Shown: positions 1 to 8,143 of the stretch, one piece after another
How the letters are laid out: each line of letters starts with the position of its first letter
Position numbering within the stretch: the first letter of the stretch is position 1
Assembly (NCBI GenBank): GCA_001794905.1
Contig: MGLW01000047.1
Coordinates: 1-15,523, forward strand
Direction: 5' to 3'
Length of the DNA: 15,523 bases
Origin: Chlamydiae bacterium RIFCSPHIGHO2_12_FULL_49_11
GTDB lineage: Bacteria > Chlamydiota > Chlamydiia > Chlamydiales > 2-12-FULL-49-11
Notes under the pieces: generated by a model
Told to the model about the DNA's origin: nothing
Databases searched by the model: none
What the model saw: the letters and a program-made list of their open reading frames with translations, nothing else
Made by a program: the position numbers and the translations under genes

Positions 1-160
1 GGGTATATCCGCTGATCATCGTGCGCATGCCGATTGCAACGGCCCCGAGAGCCACGAGTTGAACGCGCCGGGCCGGCTCGAATTCTTCCCTTTTCATGAG
101 CGCGAGCCTTTTTCCGTGAGAGAGCACACCTTCGTAATGTCCATAGAGTGAAACTTCCAT
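1..160 (-). CDS. Hypothetical protein, 5' part (runs off the window edge)
   Basis: Manually translated open frame from ATG at 160: MEVSLYGHYEGVLSHGKRLALMKREEFEPARRVQLVALGAVAIGMRTMISGYT..., no stop to position 1. G-rich SD-like GGGGTAGGGT directly upstream and a promoter at 176-205. Confidence 0.6.
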   Translation of the reverse strand, partial: MEVSLYGHYEGVLSHGKRLALMKREEFEPARRVQLVALGAVAIGMRTMISGYT

Positions 161-175
161 ACCCTACCCCTTAAA

Positions 176-205
176 ATTTTAAAAAACATAATACCATATC
201 GTCAA
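176..205 (-). promoter_or_regulatory. Sigma70/sigma66-type promoter for the leftward CDS
   Basis: Minus strand TTGACG (205-200), 18-nt spacer, TAAAAT (181-176). Confidence 0.55.
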
Positions 206-240
206 ATATTTTCTTAACCTTTTTTTTATCTGCAAAGATA

Positions 241-269
241 TTGACGTGGAAATACCCGTCTTTTAAGAT
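241..269 (+). promoter_or_regulatory. Sigma70/sigma66-type promoter of pepC
   Basis: TTGACG (241-246), 17-nt spacer, TAAGAT (264-269). The ORF track's TTG start at 241 is part of this -35 box. Confidence 0.65.
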
Positions 270-276
270 AAAAAAT

Positions 277-1608
277 GTGCAACACCTTGATCACGGCGCT
301 GTCCTTTCCGAAATTGCAACCTTATGCAAAAGTGGTACACGAAAATTGGTGCGAAACGCACTGACCAAAGCTCCCTATGATAAGGCCGCCACAAACTGGG
401 ATGTGACGCGACAAATTGAGCACCGGTTCTCCTGCGTCCTCCCCGACAAGCTCACAGCAACCAACCAGCATAGAAGCGGCCGGTGCTGGATTTTTGCCGG
501 ATTGAACACGCTTCGCATTTACCTCATGCGGAAATACGACCTCGAAGACTTTGAGTTTTCCCAAAGCTATCTCTTCTATTTTGACAAATTAGAGAAAGCG
601 AATTACTTCCTCGAAAAAATCATCGAAACTGCCTCCGAAGACAACGACAGCAGGATCGTGTCCCACCTCGTATCCTCGCCGATGCAAGACGGCGGCCAAT
701 GGGATATGTTCGCAAGCCTAGTCCTCAAGTACGGACTTGTGCCCAAATCGGTCTATCCCGATAGCGAAGCCTCCCTCTCTTCCCCTGATATGAACTATGC
801 ATTAACATTGCGCCTGCGTGCCGCAGCTGCTGAAATCCGGCGGCAGCTTCGCGAAAAAGCGAGGCCGGACGTGATTCAAACCCTCAAGCGAGGCATCCTG
901 AGCGAAATCCAGAAAATTCTCTTCGTCCACATGGGCGAGCCCCCACAAGCGTTTGATTGGACCTATTACGATAAAAAACAGAAACAGCACACGCATAAAA
1001 ACCTTGATCCCCTCCGCTTTTATCGGGACTTTCTGAAAATCGATATTTCCCGGTTTGTGTGCCTGGTACACAGCCCCAGACAAAAAACCCCTTATAATGA
1101 GATGTATACTATTGATTACCTCGGTAACGTTATCGAGGGGCAGAAGATCCGCTATCTCAACGTACCGATCGAGCAATTGAAAAGTGTCGCCACCCTTTCT
1201 CTGCTCAAACACGACCCCGTCTGGTTCGGCTGTGACGTAAAAAAACAGTTCCACCGTGAGCTCGGAGTAATGGAAATGGACCTTTTCCCCTATAATATGC
1301 TTTATGACGGTGATTTTTCGATCTCCAAGGAAGAGCGCATGTTGTATGGAGAAAGTCAAATGACTCATGCTATGGTATTTACAGGAGTTCACCTGAATCA
1401 AGATAAACCGGCCCGCTGGCGTGTAGAGAACAGCTGGGGAGATAAGGTCGGGGATAAAGGATTTTTCATCATGGGAGACTCCTGGTTTGACGAGTACATG
1501 TTTGAAGTGGTTGTGAATCAAGAATATATCCCATCCAAATTCAAAAAACTCCTTACAAAGCCAGTGCGCCACCTTCCCCCATGGGATCCTTTGGGCGCCC
1601 TAGCATAA
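277..1608 (+). CDS. pepC: Aminopeptidase C / bleomycin hydrolase (peptidase C1B)
   Basis: NQHRSGRCWIF (oxyanion Gln and catalytic Cys), FEFSQSY, DGGQWDM, MTHAM (His), VENSWG (Asn) and the typical C-terminus WDPLGALA. Start reassigned from TTG241 to GTG277 (443 aa) because of the promoter position. Confidence 0.95.
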   Translation: MQHLDHGAVLSEIATLCKSGTRKLVRNALTKAPYDKAATNWDVTRQIEHRFSCVLPDKLTATNQHRSGRCWIFAGLNTLRIYLMRKYDLEDFEFSQSYLFYFDKLEKANYFLEKIIETASEDNDSRIVSHLVSSPMQDGGQWDMFASLVLKYGLVPKSVYPDSEASLSSPDMNYALTLRLRAAAAEIRRQLREKARPDVIQTLKRGILSEIQKILFVHMGEPPQAFDWTYYDKKQKQHTHKNLDPLRFYRDFLKIDISRFVCLVHSPRQKTPYNEMYTIDYLGNVIEGQKIRYLNVPIEQLKSVATLSLLKHDPVWFGCDVKKQFHRELGVMEMDLFPYNMLYDGDFSISKEERMLYGESQMTHAMVFTGVHLNQDKPARWRVENSWGDKVGDKGFFIMGDSWFDEYMFEVVVNQEYIPSKFKKLLTKPVRHLPPWDPLGALA

Positions 1609-1613
1609 TTAAT

Positions 1614-1643
1614 TTTACATTTAAATTACTATTATGATATAAT
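1614..1643 (+). promoter_or_regulatory. Promoter of the 239-aa hypothetical gene
   Basis: TTTACA (1614-1619), 18-nt spacer, extended -10 TGaTATAAT (1635-1643). SD-like AAGAGG lies before ATG1670. Confidence 0.6.
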
Positions 1644-1655
1644 AGTAATTTAAAT
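1619..1655. repeat. Perfect 17-bp inverted repeat with 3-nt loop
   Basis: ATTTAAATTACTATTAT (1619-1635), GAT, ATAATAGTAATTTAAAT (1639-1655) are exact reverse complements. Confidence 0.9.
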
Positions 1656-1669
1656 TAAGAGGTTTAATT

Positions 1670-2389
1670 ATGCAATCATTGAACTACATTCAAATGTGCA
1701 ACAGGATCTACTTTGAGGTGGTCACCGGCACTCACCACGACGACCCCGATACGGCAGAAAAAGTGGCAAAGATCATTGCTACCTATAGAAAGGACCACTG
1801 GGAGAGAGCCGATTACAAGGCTGTCTATGACAAGTCGGTGCAGGGCCTCACAATGAAATGCAGCCCCTTTAGCAAAAATCCTCCTCTCCTGGCAGCAGCG
1901 ATCTCGAAACTGACCGATGGTTTCCTTCGGTTCGGCATGGCAAACCCCGGGACGCTAGATATTCAGGATATTCAAGCCCCCAAAGAGACCCCTTTTCAAA
2001 GAGCGCTAAAGCTGGCAAGCGATTCGAAAAGCAATATCGGAGAAACGGTCGGCCAATTCAATCTAAATGAAAGCGAGCGACTTGCTGTGGCTTTAGCCGA
2101 GCTCAAAAGTAATCCTGTCGGAATGATCACTCACATTGCAAATTACGCCTTGAGCTACGAGCGCACAAAGAAAATTGCCTATAAATTCTATAAGGGGGTC
2201 GATAGCTCCCTCTTTTCAAAGCATATTGTGCACCTTGGCCTAAGTACGGAAGATACAGAAGAAATCGTTCATAAATGGTTTATGGAGACCCCTGCCCGGC
2301 AGGTGGAAGAGCAGATGAAGACCATGAAATTCGGTGACAGTGAGCTTCGAGGCGCAGTCGCCCTAGCTTTACGAAACAGACTCGTGTAA
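1670..2389 (+). CDS. Hypothetical protein with about four degenerate 29-30-aa helical repeats in the C-terminal half
   Basis: 239-aa ORF with SD and promoter. Repeat units end in GQFNLN / ANYALS / VHLGLS / KTMKFG and include R..A / K.IA / E.IV helices. Confidence 0.75.
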   Translation: MQSLNYIQMCNRIYFEVVTGTHHDDPDTAEKVAKIIATYRKDHWERADYKAVYDKSVQGLTMKCSPFSKNPPLLAAAISKLTDGFLRFGMANPGTLDIQDIQAPKETPFQRALKLASDSKSNIGETVGQFNLNESERLAVALAELKSNPVGMITHIANYALSYERTKKIAYKFYKGVDSSLFSKHIVHLGLSTEDTEEIVHKWFMETPARQVEEQMKTMKFGDSELRGAVALALRNRLV

Positions 2390-2520
2390 AAAAATCTTTT
2401 ACTCGTAAAAAAAAACGGCGAGTGCCATGAAAAGGGCAAACATGGCACCCTCCGCGCACCTTGCGGTGCAAACTTGGAACTCAATTATAATAGGCGGGTG
2501 GATTATATAAAACGCAAATT

Positions 2521-3318
2521 ATGATTGAAATAATTATTTACATGATTTGTGCCGGAGCCGCGATCGGCTTTTTTGCCGGCCTTCTCGGAATCGGCGGCGG
2601 CATTTTTTTTGTCCCCGCCCTGTTTTTCCTTCTGCAAAAAGAGGGCATGTCCCACGCCGATGCGATGAAACTTTCGATCGGCACATCCCAGGCTATCATC
2701 CTCTTTACCACGCTCTCCTCTACCCTCACTCACGCAAAAAAGCGTTCCATTGAGTGGGGTTTTATCAGAAATATTGCCTTCGGACTCATCGCAGGAGCCA
2801 TTATAGGGCCCATCGCAACAAGACTCATGCATGAGCGTCTCCTGGGAATCCTTTTTGGAATCGTGGAGTGTCTTTTTGCCCTCTATTTTGCCACTCTCAA
2901 ACCCGATCGGACACTCATTGAAATAAAAAAAATCGACTTTCCCCTCATCACGCTCATCGGTTTTGTGACGGCATTTTTATCTACCCTCATGGGAATCGGC
3001 GGCGGAATGATCCTGATCCCGCTCATGGTGTTTCTCCATATCGGCCTCAAACCCGCGATCGCGACCTCATCCTTCCTTACATTTTTACTCGCCCTTGTGG
3101 GAACGGCCGGTTTCCTTGTCCCGACCGGATCTACGGAGCCATATTCAATCGGTCTTGTTTATTGGCCGGCTCTTGCAGCGATGGCAGGTGCTTCTATCAT
3201 TACGGCACGCTTTGGAGCAATGGCAACCTATAAGATGCACCGGCGCCACCTCAAGCTTATTTTTTCTTTCCTTCTCATGTTTATAGGAATTTGGATGATT
3301 TACAAAGCGACCGGATAG
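2521..3318 (+). CDS. Sulfite exporter TauE/SafE family membrane protein
   Basis: 265 aa, highly hydrophobic. Duplicated G(LL/LM)GIGGG...(V/I)P motif in both halves, SIGTS / AIATSS, and G.VYWPA. Confidence 0.9.
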   Translation: MIEIIIYMICAGAAIGFFAGLLGIGGGIFFVPALFFLLQKEGMSHADAMKLSIGTSQAIILFTTLSSTLTHAKKRSIEWGFIRNIAFGLIAGAIIGPIATRLMHERLLGILFGIVECLFALYFATLKPDRTLIEIKKIDFPLITLIGFVTAFLSTLMGIGGGMILIPLMVFLHIGLKPAIATSSFLTFLLALVGTAGFLVPTGSTEPYSIGLVYWPALAAMAGASIITARFGAMATYKMHRRHLKLIFSFLLMFIGIWMIYKATG

Positions 3319-3697
3319 CTTTTTTCTTCCACGAAACAAGTTTCCCGTCTTGAGGCATGATGACGCTGCCAAGGAGCCCCCGCAGATTTTTCTGAATGGA
3401 AAAAGCCCGATTTTCCCGATGCAAAAAGGCATAGACCGCTTGAAAGTAGAGAAAAAAGATCGGAGAGGCGGAAAAATGGGAATGGGTTTTGCAAATGAGG
3501 TCGGCAAGCCTTTGCGTTACGTGCATGGGCCTTGCTGCCGTCCTTTGTATTCCCTGCATGGGAGAGTACAAATCCGGTACCCGGACGGAACGCTTTACAA
3601 ACCGTTCCTTTCCCTGTTTTTTTGCGTGCAGCGCCTTTTCTACACTCAGACTGAGCTCGATACAAAACGGATATACCTTAATCGCCGTTTCATCCAT
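3281..3697 (-). CDS. Hypothetical protein (138 aa)
   Basis: Longest ORF in the gap between TauE and tpx. Preceded on the minus strand by TTAACA (3736-3731), N17, TAAAAT (3713-3708). Overlaps the TauE 3' end by 38 nt; no family recognised. Confidence 0.45.
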   Translation of the reverse strand: MDETAIKVYPFCIELSLSVEKALHAKKQGKERFVKRSVRVPDLYSPMQGIQRTAARPMHVTQRLADLICKTHSHFSASPIFFLYFQAVYAFLHRENRAFSIQKNLRGLLGSVIMPQDGKLVSWKKKAIRSLCKSSKFL

Positions 3698-3783
3698 AGT
3701 AAAAATTATTTTACACAGGCTTTAAGTTTTTGTTAAGGGAAAAGTTCGCTAAATAAATATTCCTTTATGGTATTCTTTTGGCC

Positions 3784-4296
3784 ATGGTGCAATTTAAAGG
3801 GGAAGAGGCTCCACTCGAGGGAACCTTTTTAAAGCCGGGCGACATCGCGATGAACTTCATGCTGGTCAATGACAAGCTGGAGAATGTGACATTGGAACAT
3901 TTCCGCGGCAAAACGAAAGTGATCATCACGGTGGTCAGTCTCGATACGGGTGTCTGTGCTACAGAAGCGATGCGCGTGGAAGACGTCTCGCGCGAATTTC
4001 CCGATGTGGCCTTTCTCATCGTGACGCGGGATCTTCCCTTTGCCGCAAGCCGTTTTTGTTTGCAAAACAAGCTCGGCAACGTGACCGTCCTCTCCGACAT
4101 TCGTCCCTCTTGCCTCTTCGGCAGGCACTACGGCGTGCAAATCCACAAACACAAACTAGAAGGCCTCTTCGCACGCAGCGTGATCGTGCTCAACGTCTCG
4201 GACAAAGTCATCTATAGCGAACTTGTGCCAGAAATCACCGAGGAGCCGAACTATGAAGCGCTTAAGTCCATCCTTCTTTCCCACCGAATGGCTTAG
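3784..4296 (+). CDS. tpx: Thiol peroxidase (atypical 2-Cys peroxiredoxin, Tpx subfamily)
   Basis: MVQFKG start, SLDTGVC (peroxidatic Cys), DLPFAASRFC (resolving Cys), FGRHYGV, LFARSV (Arg), YSELVPEITEEPNYE. ATG3784 preferred over TTG3778. Confidence 0.93.
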   Translation: MVQFKGEEAPLEGTFLKPGDIAMNFMLVNDKLENVTLEHFRGKTKVIITVVSLDTGVCATEAMRVEDVSREFPDVAFLIVTRDLPFAASRFCLQNKLGNVTVLSDIRPSCLFGRHYGVQIHKHKLEGLFARSVIVLNVSDKVIYSELVPEITEEPNYEALKSILLSHRMA

Positions 4297-4380
4297 GGAG
4301 TATTGAGTATGCCATTAAGTCCTTTTTCGTACAGCCATCTAAGAATATCAGATCTTATCCTTTAAAGCATTCTATGTGTG

Positions 4381-5349
4381 TTATTTTGTCGCAATTACGG
4401 TAGGAAACATACGCGCTGTGTCATAAATCATTTCGACCTCGGTAAAGCCGGTAGATTTCAATAAATTGCGAGTTTTTTCTTCAGAGCGGTAAGTTTGCCA
4501 CCTGCAATCTAAAATGTCGGCAAAAATGATCTTTTGGAGAAGCGCATCGTCCTTATTGATCGCATCCATTTTCCAAGAGCATCCATTGCCCTGCGCTGGG
4601 GGCGGCGTGATAAAACTGGTGACGAAACATCCACCGGACTTAAGAGCTTCGTAACACTCGCGATAAAAAGCTTCTACTCTAGCATCGTCCGGTTCGTACA
4701 TAGTCAGGCCGTTGCTTGTGATAAGATCAAATGCTCCGTGAAACTGCAAATTCCAAGCATCCCTTAGCAAAAATGAAGAGTGGCTCTCAAGACCGTATTT
4801 TTTCGAATTATCCGCGGCCCTATCGAGCGATTCTTGATCGAGATCAATACCTGTTAAGGAAAAATCGGTCACCTGTGAAAAATCAAGTTGTAAACAATCG
4901 GCCATGAGTCCACAAGGGATTGACATGAAAGAGGCGCCATCACGAACTCGTTTTTGCATTTCGGATTTAAAAATCTTGTACCGCTCTTGAGTTGCTAGAA
5001 TCAAAGGCGCCCTATTGAGCAGAAAATTCTCCATAGCATTCAGCCTATCCGAATGCTCAGTATCGGGATAGCTCATGATGTAATCAGTCCAATATCCATT
5101 CACGCCACCCCTCTCAATGAGAAACTTTCCCAATCCGAATTCGGAAAGAAGGTTCAAATACTCCAACTGTTTTTCGACTGAAACGTAGGACAATTCGCCG
5201 CGTTCTTTTATTTTTTTTGAAATACGCTCAAAAGTCTCTTCAAATGATAAATCCCTTTTCTCGTGGGATAAATTGTGACCCAAAGTCACCTTAGACTCTT
5301 CTTGCGCTGCAAAAACACTTGCCATCATAAGCATAAATGTAAAAAACAT
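4381..5349 (-). CDS. Class I SAM-dependent methyltransferase with N-terminal hydrophobic extension
   Basis: Motif I-like SFMSIPCG, LTGIDLD, RDAW, FDLITSNGL, ALKSGGCFV. GGAGG SD just upstream of ATG5349 (the ORF track starts at 5364). Confidence 0.85.
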   Translation of the reverse strand: MFFTFMLMMASVFAAQEESKVTLGHNLSHEKRDLSFEETFERISKKIKERGELSYVSVEKQLEYLNLLSEFGLGKFLIERGGVNGYWTDYIMSYPDTEHSDRLNAMENFLLNRAPLILATQERYKIFKSEMQKRVRDGASFMSIPCGLMADCLQLDFSQVTDFSLTGIDLDQESLDRAADNSKKYGLESHSSFLLRDAWNLQFHGAFDLITSNGLTMYEPDDARVEAFYRECYEALKSGGCFVTSFITPPPAQGNGCSWKMDAINKDDALLQKIIFADILDCRWQTYRSEEKTRNLLKSTGFTEVEMIYDTARMFPTVIATK

Positions 5350-5413
5350 ATCCCCTCCGTACACGGAAGATGTTTAACAGAAATTTATTTTTTTGTAAAT
5401 TTTTTTCCTATAT

Positions 5414-7504
5414 TTAACGGGCCGAGCTAAGTCTAAGAGAATTGGCAATAACTGATACGGAACTAAACGCCATGGCAGCGCTTGCGATGATGGGGCTTAA
5501 GAGCACGCCGAATACGGGATAAAAAATGCCGGCGGCAATGGGAATTCCTACGGCATTATAAATGAAAGCAAACCACAGGTTTTGCTTAATGTTGCGAAGG
5601 GTTTTTTGACTCAGTCGCCGGGCAAGGGCAACTTTTCGCAAATCACCCTTGACTAAGGTAATACCGGCACTTTCTATCGCAATATCGGTCCCCGTTCCCA
5701 TAGCAATTCCAACATTTGCCTCTGCAAGCGCCGGAGCATCGTTGATCCCATCTCCCGCCATCGCGACAATGTGCCCTTCCGATTGCAGGCGCGCAATGAT
5801 TTTGTTTTTCTCCTCGGGAAGAATTTCCGCTTCAATTTCATCAATCCCAAGAATTTCACCGACAGCTGAGGCCGTAACTTTATTATCCCCTGTAACCATA
5901 ACAATTCGAATATTGTCTTTACGGAGCATTTCCATAGCTTCATAGGTAGATTCCTTGATCGTATCCGCGACGGCGAGTATTCCTATCACTTTGTTATTCA
6001 AAGCTAAATAAAAAACGGTTTGGGCTTTTTTTCGGATATCTTCGGACTTTTCCAGAGCCTTTGAAAGATCAACCTTGATGTGTGCAAAAAGCTCCCGATT
6101 CCCAATCGCAGCCTCTTCCCCCTGCAGCTTCCCAAGAATTCCTTTGCCTCTAAAACTTTGAAAGTCGCTGATTTGAAATAAGGGAAGATTTTTTTCTTGC
6201 GCGGCATTAACAATCGAGGCCGCCAAGGGATGTTCGCTCGCTCTTTCCAAGCTCGCGGCAATTTGAAGAATGTCATTTTCACTTTTTTCCGATAGGCTAA
6301 TCACTTTTGTCAGTGTTGGTTTTCCTTCGGTGAGCGTCCCTGTCTTATCTACAACGACCGTATCGACCGCGGCCATAATTTCGAGAGCTTCTGCATTTTT
6401 AATAAGAATACCTGAAAGAGCGCCTCGTCCGACCCCGACCATGATAGACATGGGGGTTGCAAGCCCAAGCGCACATGGACATGCAATAATCAAAACAGCA
6501 ACCGCGTTAATAAGCCCCAGTGCAAAACTAGGCGCCGGTCCGAAAAATTCCCAAATCAAGAAGGTAAGAATGGAGACAACCACAACAGCGGGAACAAAAT
6601 AAGAAGAAACGACATCAGCAAGCTTTTGGATGGGTGCCCGGCTTCTCTGTGCCTCGCTTACCATATGAACAATCCGGGAAAGAAGAGTCTCGCTTCCTAC
6701 CCGCTGGGCTCTCATGACAAAACTTCCGGTGCCATTTAAGGTCGCACCGGTGACTTTGTCATCGGCATTCTTGATTACGGGAAAGGGTTCTCCTGTAATC
6801 ATGGATTCATCAACAGAACTCTTTCCGTCAATGACAACGCCATCGGTTGGGATCTTTTCACCGGGCCTTACCCGTAAAATATCCCCTTTTTTCACTGCAG
6901 CAAGGGGAATATCCTTTTCCGTTTTATCGTCGAGAATCAACCTTGCCGTAGTTGGAGCCAGCCCCAGCAACTGCTCAATCGCCCGGCTTGTTTTTCTCCT
7001 CGCCTTCATCTCCAGCACTTGGCCTAAAATAACAAGGACGGTGATGATGCTCGCCGCTTCAAAGTACAAATCGATTTGATTGTTTTCGTTTCTGAAAGAA
7101 GCAGGAAATAGCGAAGGCCAAATGGCGGCCGTAAAACTGTAGACGTAAGCCGTACCGACGCCAAGGCTGATCAAAGTAAACATATTCAAACGTCTTCTAG
7201 TAATCGAATGCCACCCTTTTACAAAAAAGGGCCCTCCACACCAGAACACCACCGGAGTAGCCAGAAAAAGCTGAATCCAGGAGCTATATCCTTTAAGGGG
7301 CAATCGTAAGATAACAAGAAAGAAAATTGGAACCGTGAAGAAGAGTCCAAGCCAAAACCGGCGACTCATGTCTCTCAATTCTTCGGCATCTGCATTGCCG
7401 GACCCATTGATTTTCAATTCGAGCCGCATTCCGCAAATGGGGCATGAGCCCTGATTTGATTGAACAATTTGTGGATGCATCGGACAGGTATATTCTTTTT
7501 GCAT
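5414..7504 (-). CDS. copA: Copper-translocating P1B-type ATPase
   Basis: N-terminal YTCPMHP...CPICGM metal-binding domain, [34 protein letters not shown], and the Cu(I)-type YN..GIP and MAFSSVSV motifs. Confidence 0.95.
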   Translation of the reverse strand: MQKEYTCPMHPQIVQSNQGSCPICGMRLELKINGSGNADAEELRDMSRRFWLGLFFTVPIFFLVILRLPLKGYSSWIQLFLATPVVFWCGGPFFVKGWHSITRRRLNMFTLISLGVGTAYVYSFTAAIWPSLFPASFRNENNQIDLYFEAASIITVLVILGQVLEMKARRKTSRAIEQLLGLAPTTARLILDDKTEKDIPLAAVKKGDILRVRPGEKIPTDGVVIDGKSSVDESMITGEPFPVIKNADDKVTGATLNGTGSFVMRAQRVGSETLLSRIVHMVSEAQRSRAPIQKLADVVSSYFVPAVVVVSILTFLIWEFFGPAPSFALGLINAVAVLIIACPCALGLATPMSIMVGVGRGALSGILIKNAEALEIMAAVDTVVVDKTGTLTEGKPTLTKVISLSEKSENDILQIAASLERASEHPLAASIVNAAQEKNLPLFQISDFQSFRGKGILGKLQGEEAAIGNRELFAHIKVDLSKALEKSEDIRKKAQTVFYLALNNKVIGILAVADTIKESTYEAMEMLRKDNIRIVMVTGDNKVTASAVGEILGIDEIEAEILPEEKNKIIARLQSEGHIVAMAGDGINDAPALAEANVGIAMGTGTDIAIESAGITLVKGDLRKVALARRLSQKTLRNIKQNLWFAFIYNAVGIPIAAGIFYPVFGVLLSPIIASAAMAFSSVSVIANSLRLSSAR

Positions 7505-7609
7505 CTCTATTTCTTACTACCCTTCGCTGATACGACCCATCAAAAATTTTATACCATTTATCAAAAATAATCTCCATTTTTCAAGTATTATTTGATTATA
7601 GGCTTGTTC

Positions 7610-7638
7610 TTGACAGTATATTCATATTGTATTAAGAT
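7610..7638 (+). promoter_or_regulatory. Near-consensus sigma70/sigma66 promoter
   Basis: TTGACA (7610-7615), 17-nt spacer, TAAGAT (7633-7638). Confidence 0.7.
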
Positions 7639-7645
7639 TGCGTGC

Positions 7646-8119
7646 ATGGAAATTACCCCTTTAAAAGAAGCGTTGCGTTCCCGGAATTTGATGTGGGACA
7701 AAGATCTGAAGGACTTTTGGAGCGTCAGTCAGAATATTTCAGAGGCGCAGACCGTATCATTTGCCCCCTTATTCTATCTTGCGCGACTGATCGTCCGGGC
7801 TGTAATCGACCCGTTGCGTGCCATCGCAGGGATTTTTCTGATAGAAATACAAAGTTTGAGCGGTGCTATTTTCGAACTGGTTAACGGCAGAATTGGAAAA
7901 AGCCTAGTATGGTTTATCGGAGGCCAGCTAAGCGTCATACACATAGTAGTTTATCTTGCTTCTTCAATCATCGGAAACGCGGTGGCCCTTCCTATTTCCT
8001 GCATTCCCATTGCAGGTAAAAAAATAGCCCCTTATTGCCTGGCGCCTGCTTGGGCCCTTTCTAGCGAAATTTGCGCGGATTTCGTGAGCCTTCGCGCTCG
8101 TAGAGAGCAATCGGTATAA
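7646..8119 (+). CDS. Small hydrophobic, probable membrane protein (157 aa)
   Basis: The ORF-track start at 7592 lies upstream of the promoter, so ATG7646 (MEITPLK...) is preferred. Several hydrophobic stretches, e.g. LVWFIGGQLSVIHIVVYLASSIIGNAVALPISCIPIAG. Confidence 0.7.
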   Translation: MEITPLKEALRSRNLMWDKDLKDFWSVSQNISEAQTVSFAPLFYLARLIVRAVIDPLRAIAGIFLIEIQSLSGAIFELVNGRIGKSLVWFIGGQLSVIHIVVYLASSIIGNAVALPISCIPIAGKKIAPYCLAPAWALSSEICADFVSLRARREQSV

Positions 8120-8143
8120 GCGGGATTCTCGTGCTGACACTAT

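Noticed and set aside
158-174. ATACCCTACCCC resembling half of a CsoR operator
   Set aside because: Not palindromic, far from copA, and better explained as the SD region of the leftward gene.
802-1572. 256-aa antisense ORF within pepC
   Set aside because: Fully nested opposite a clearly conserved gene; no recognisable motifs; shadow ORF.
3300-3736. Alternative ORFs 3350-3736(+), 3489-3725(+), 3300-3665(-)
   Set aside because: No start signals or motifs; only 3281-3697(-) has a matching promoter.
4297-4380. Possible terminator between convergent tpx and methyltransferase
   Set aside because: Only a 5-bp AT-rich stem (TAAGA...TCTTA); too weak to call.
7505-7600. Search for a CueR/CsoR operator upstream of copA; ORF 7293-7577(-)
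   Set aside because: No convincing dyad symmetry; the ORF overlaps copA out of frame with no recognisable domain.
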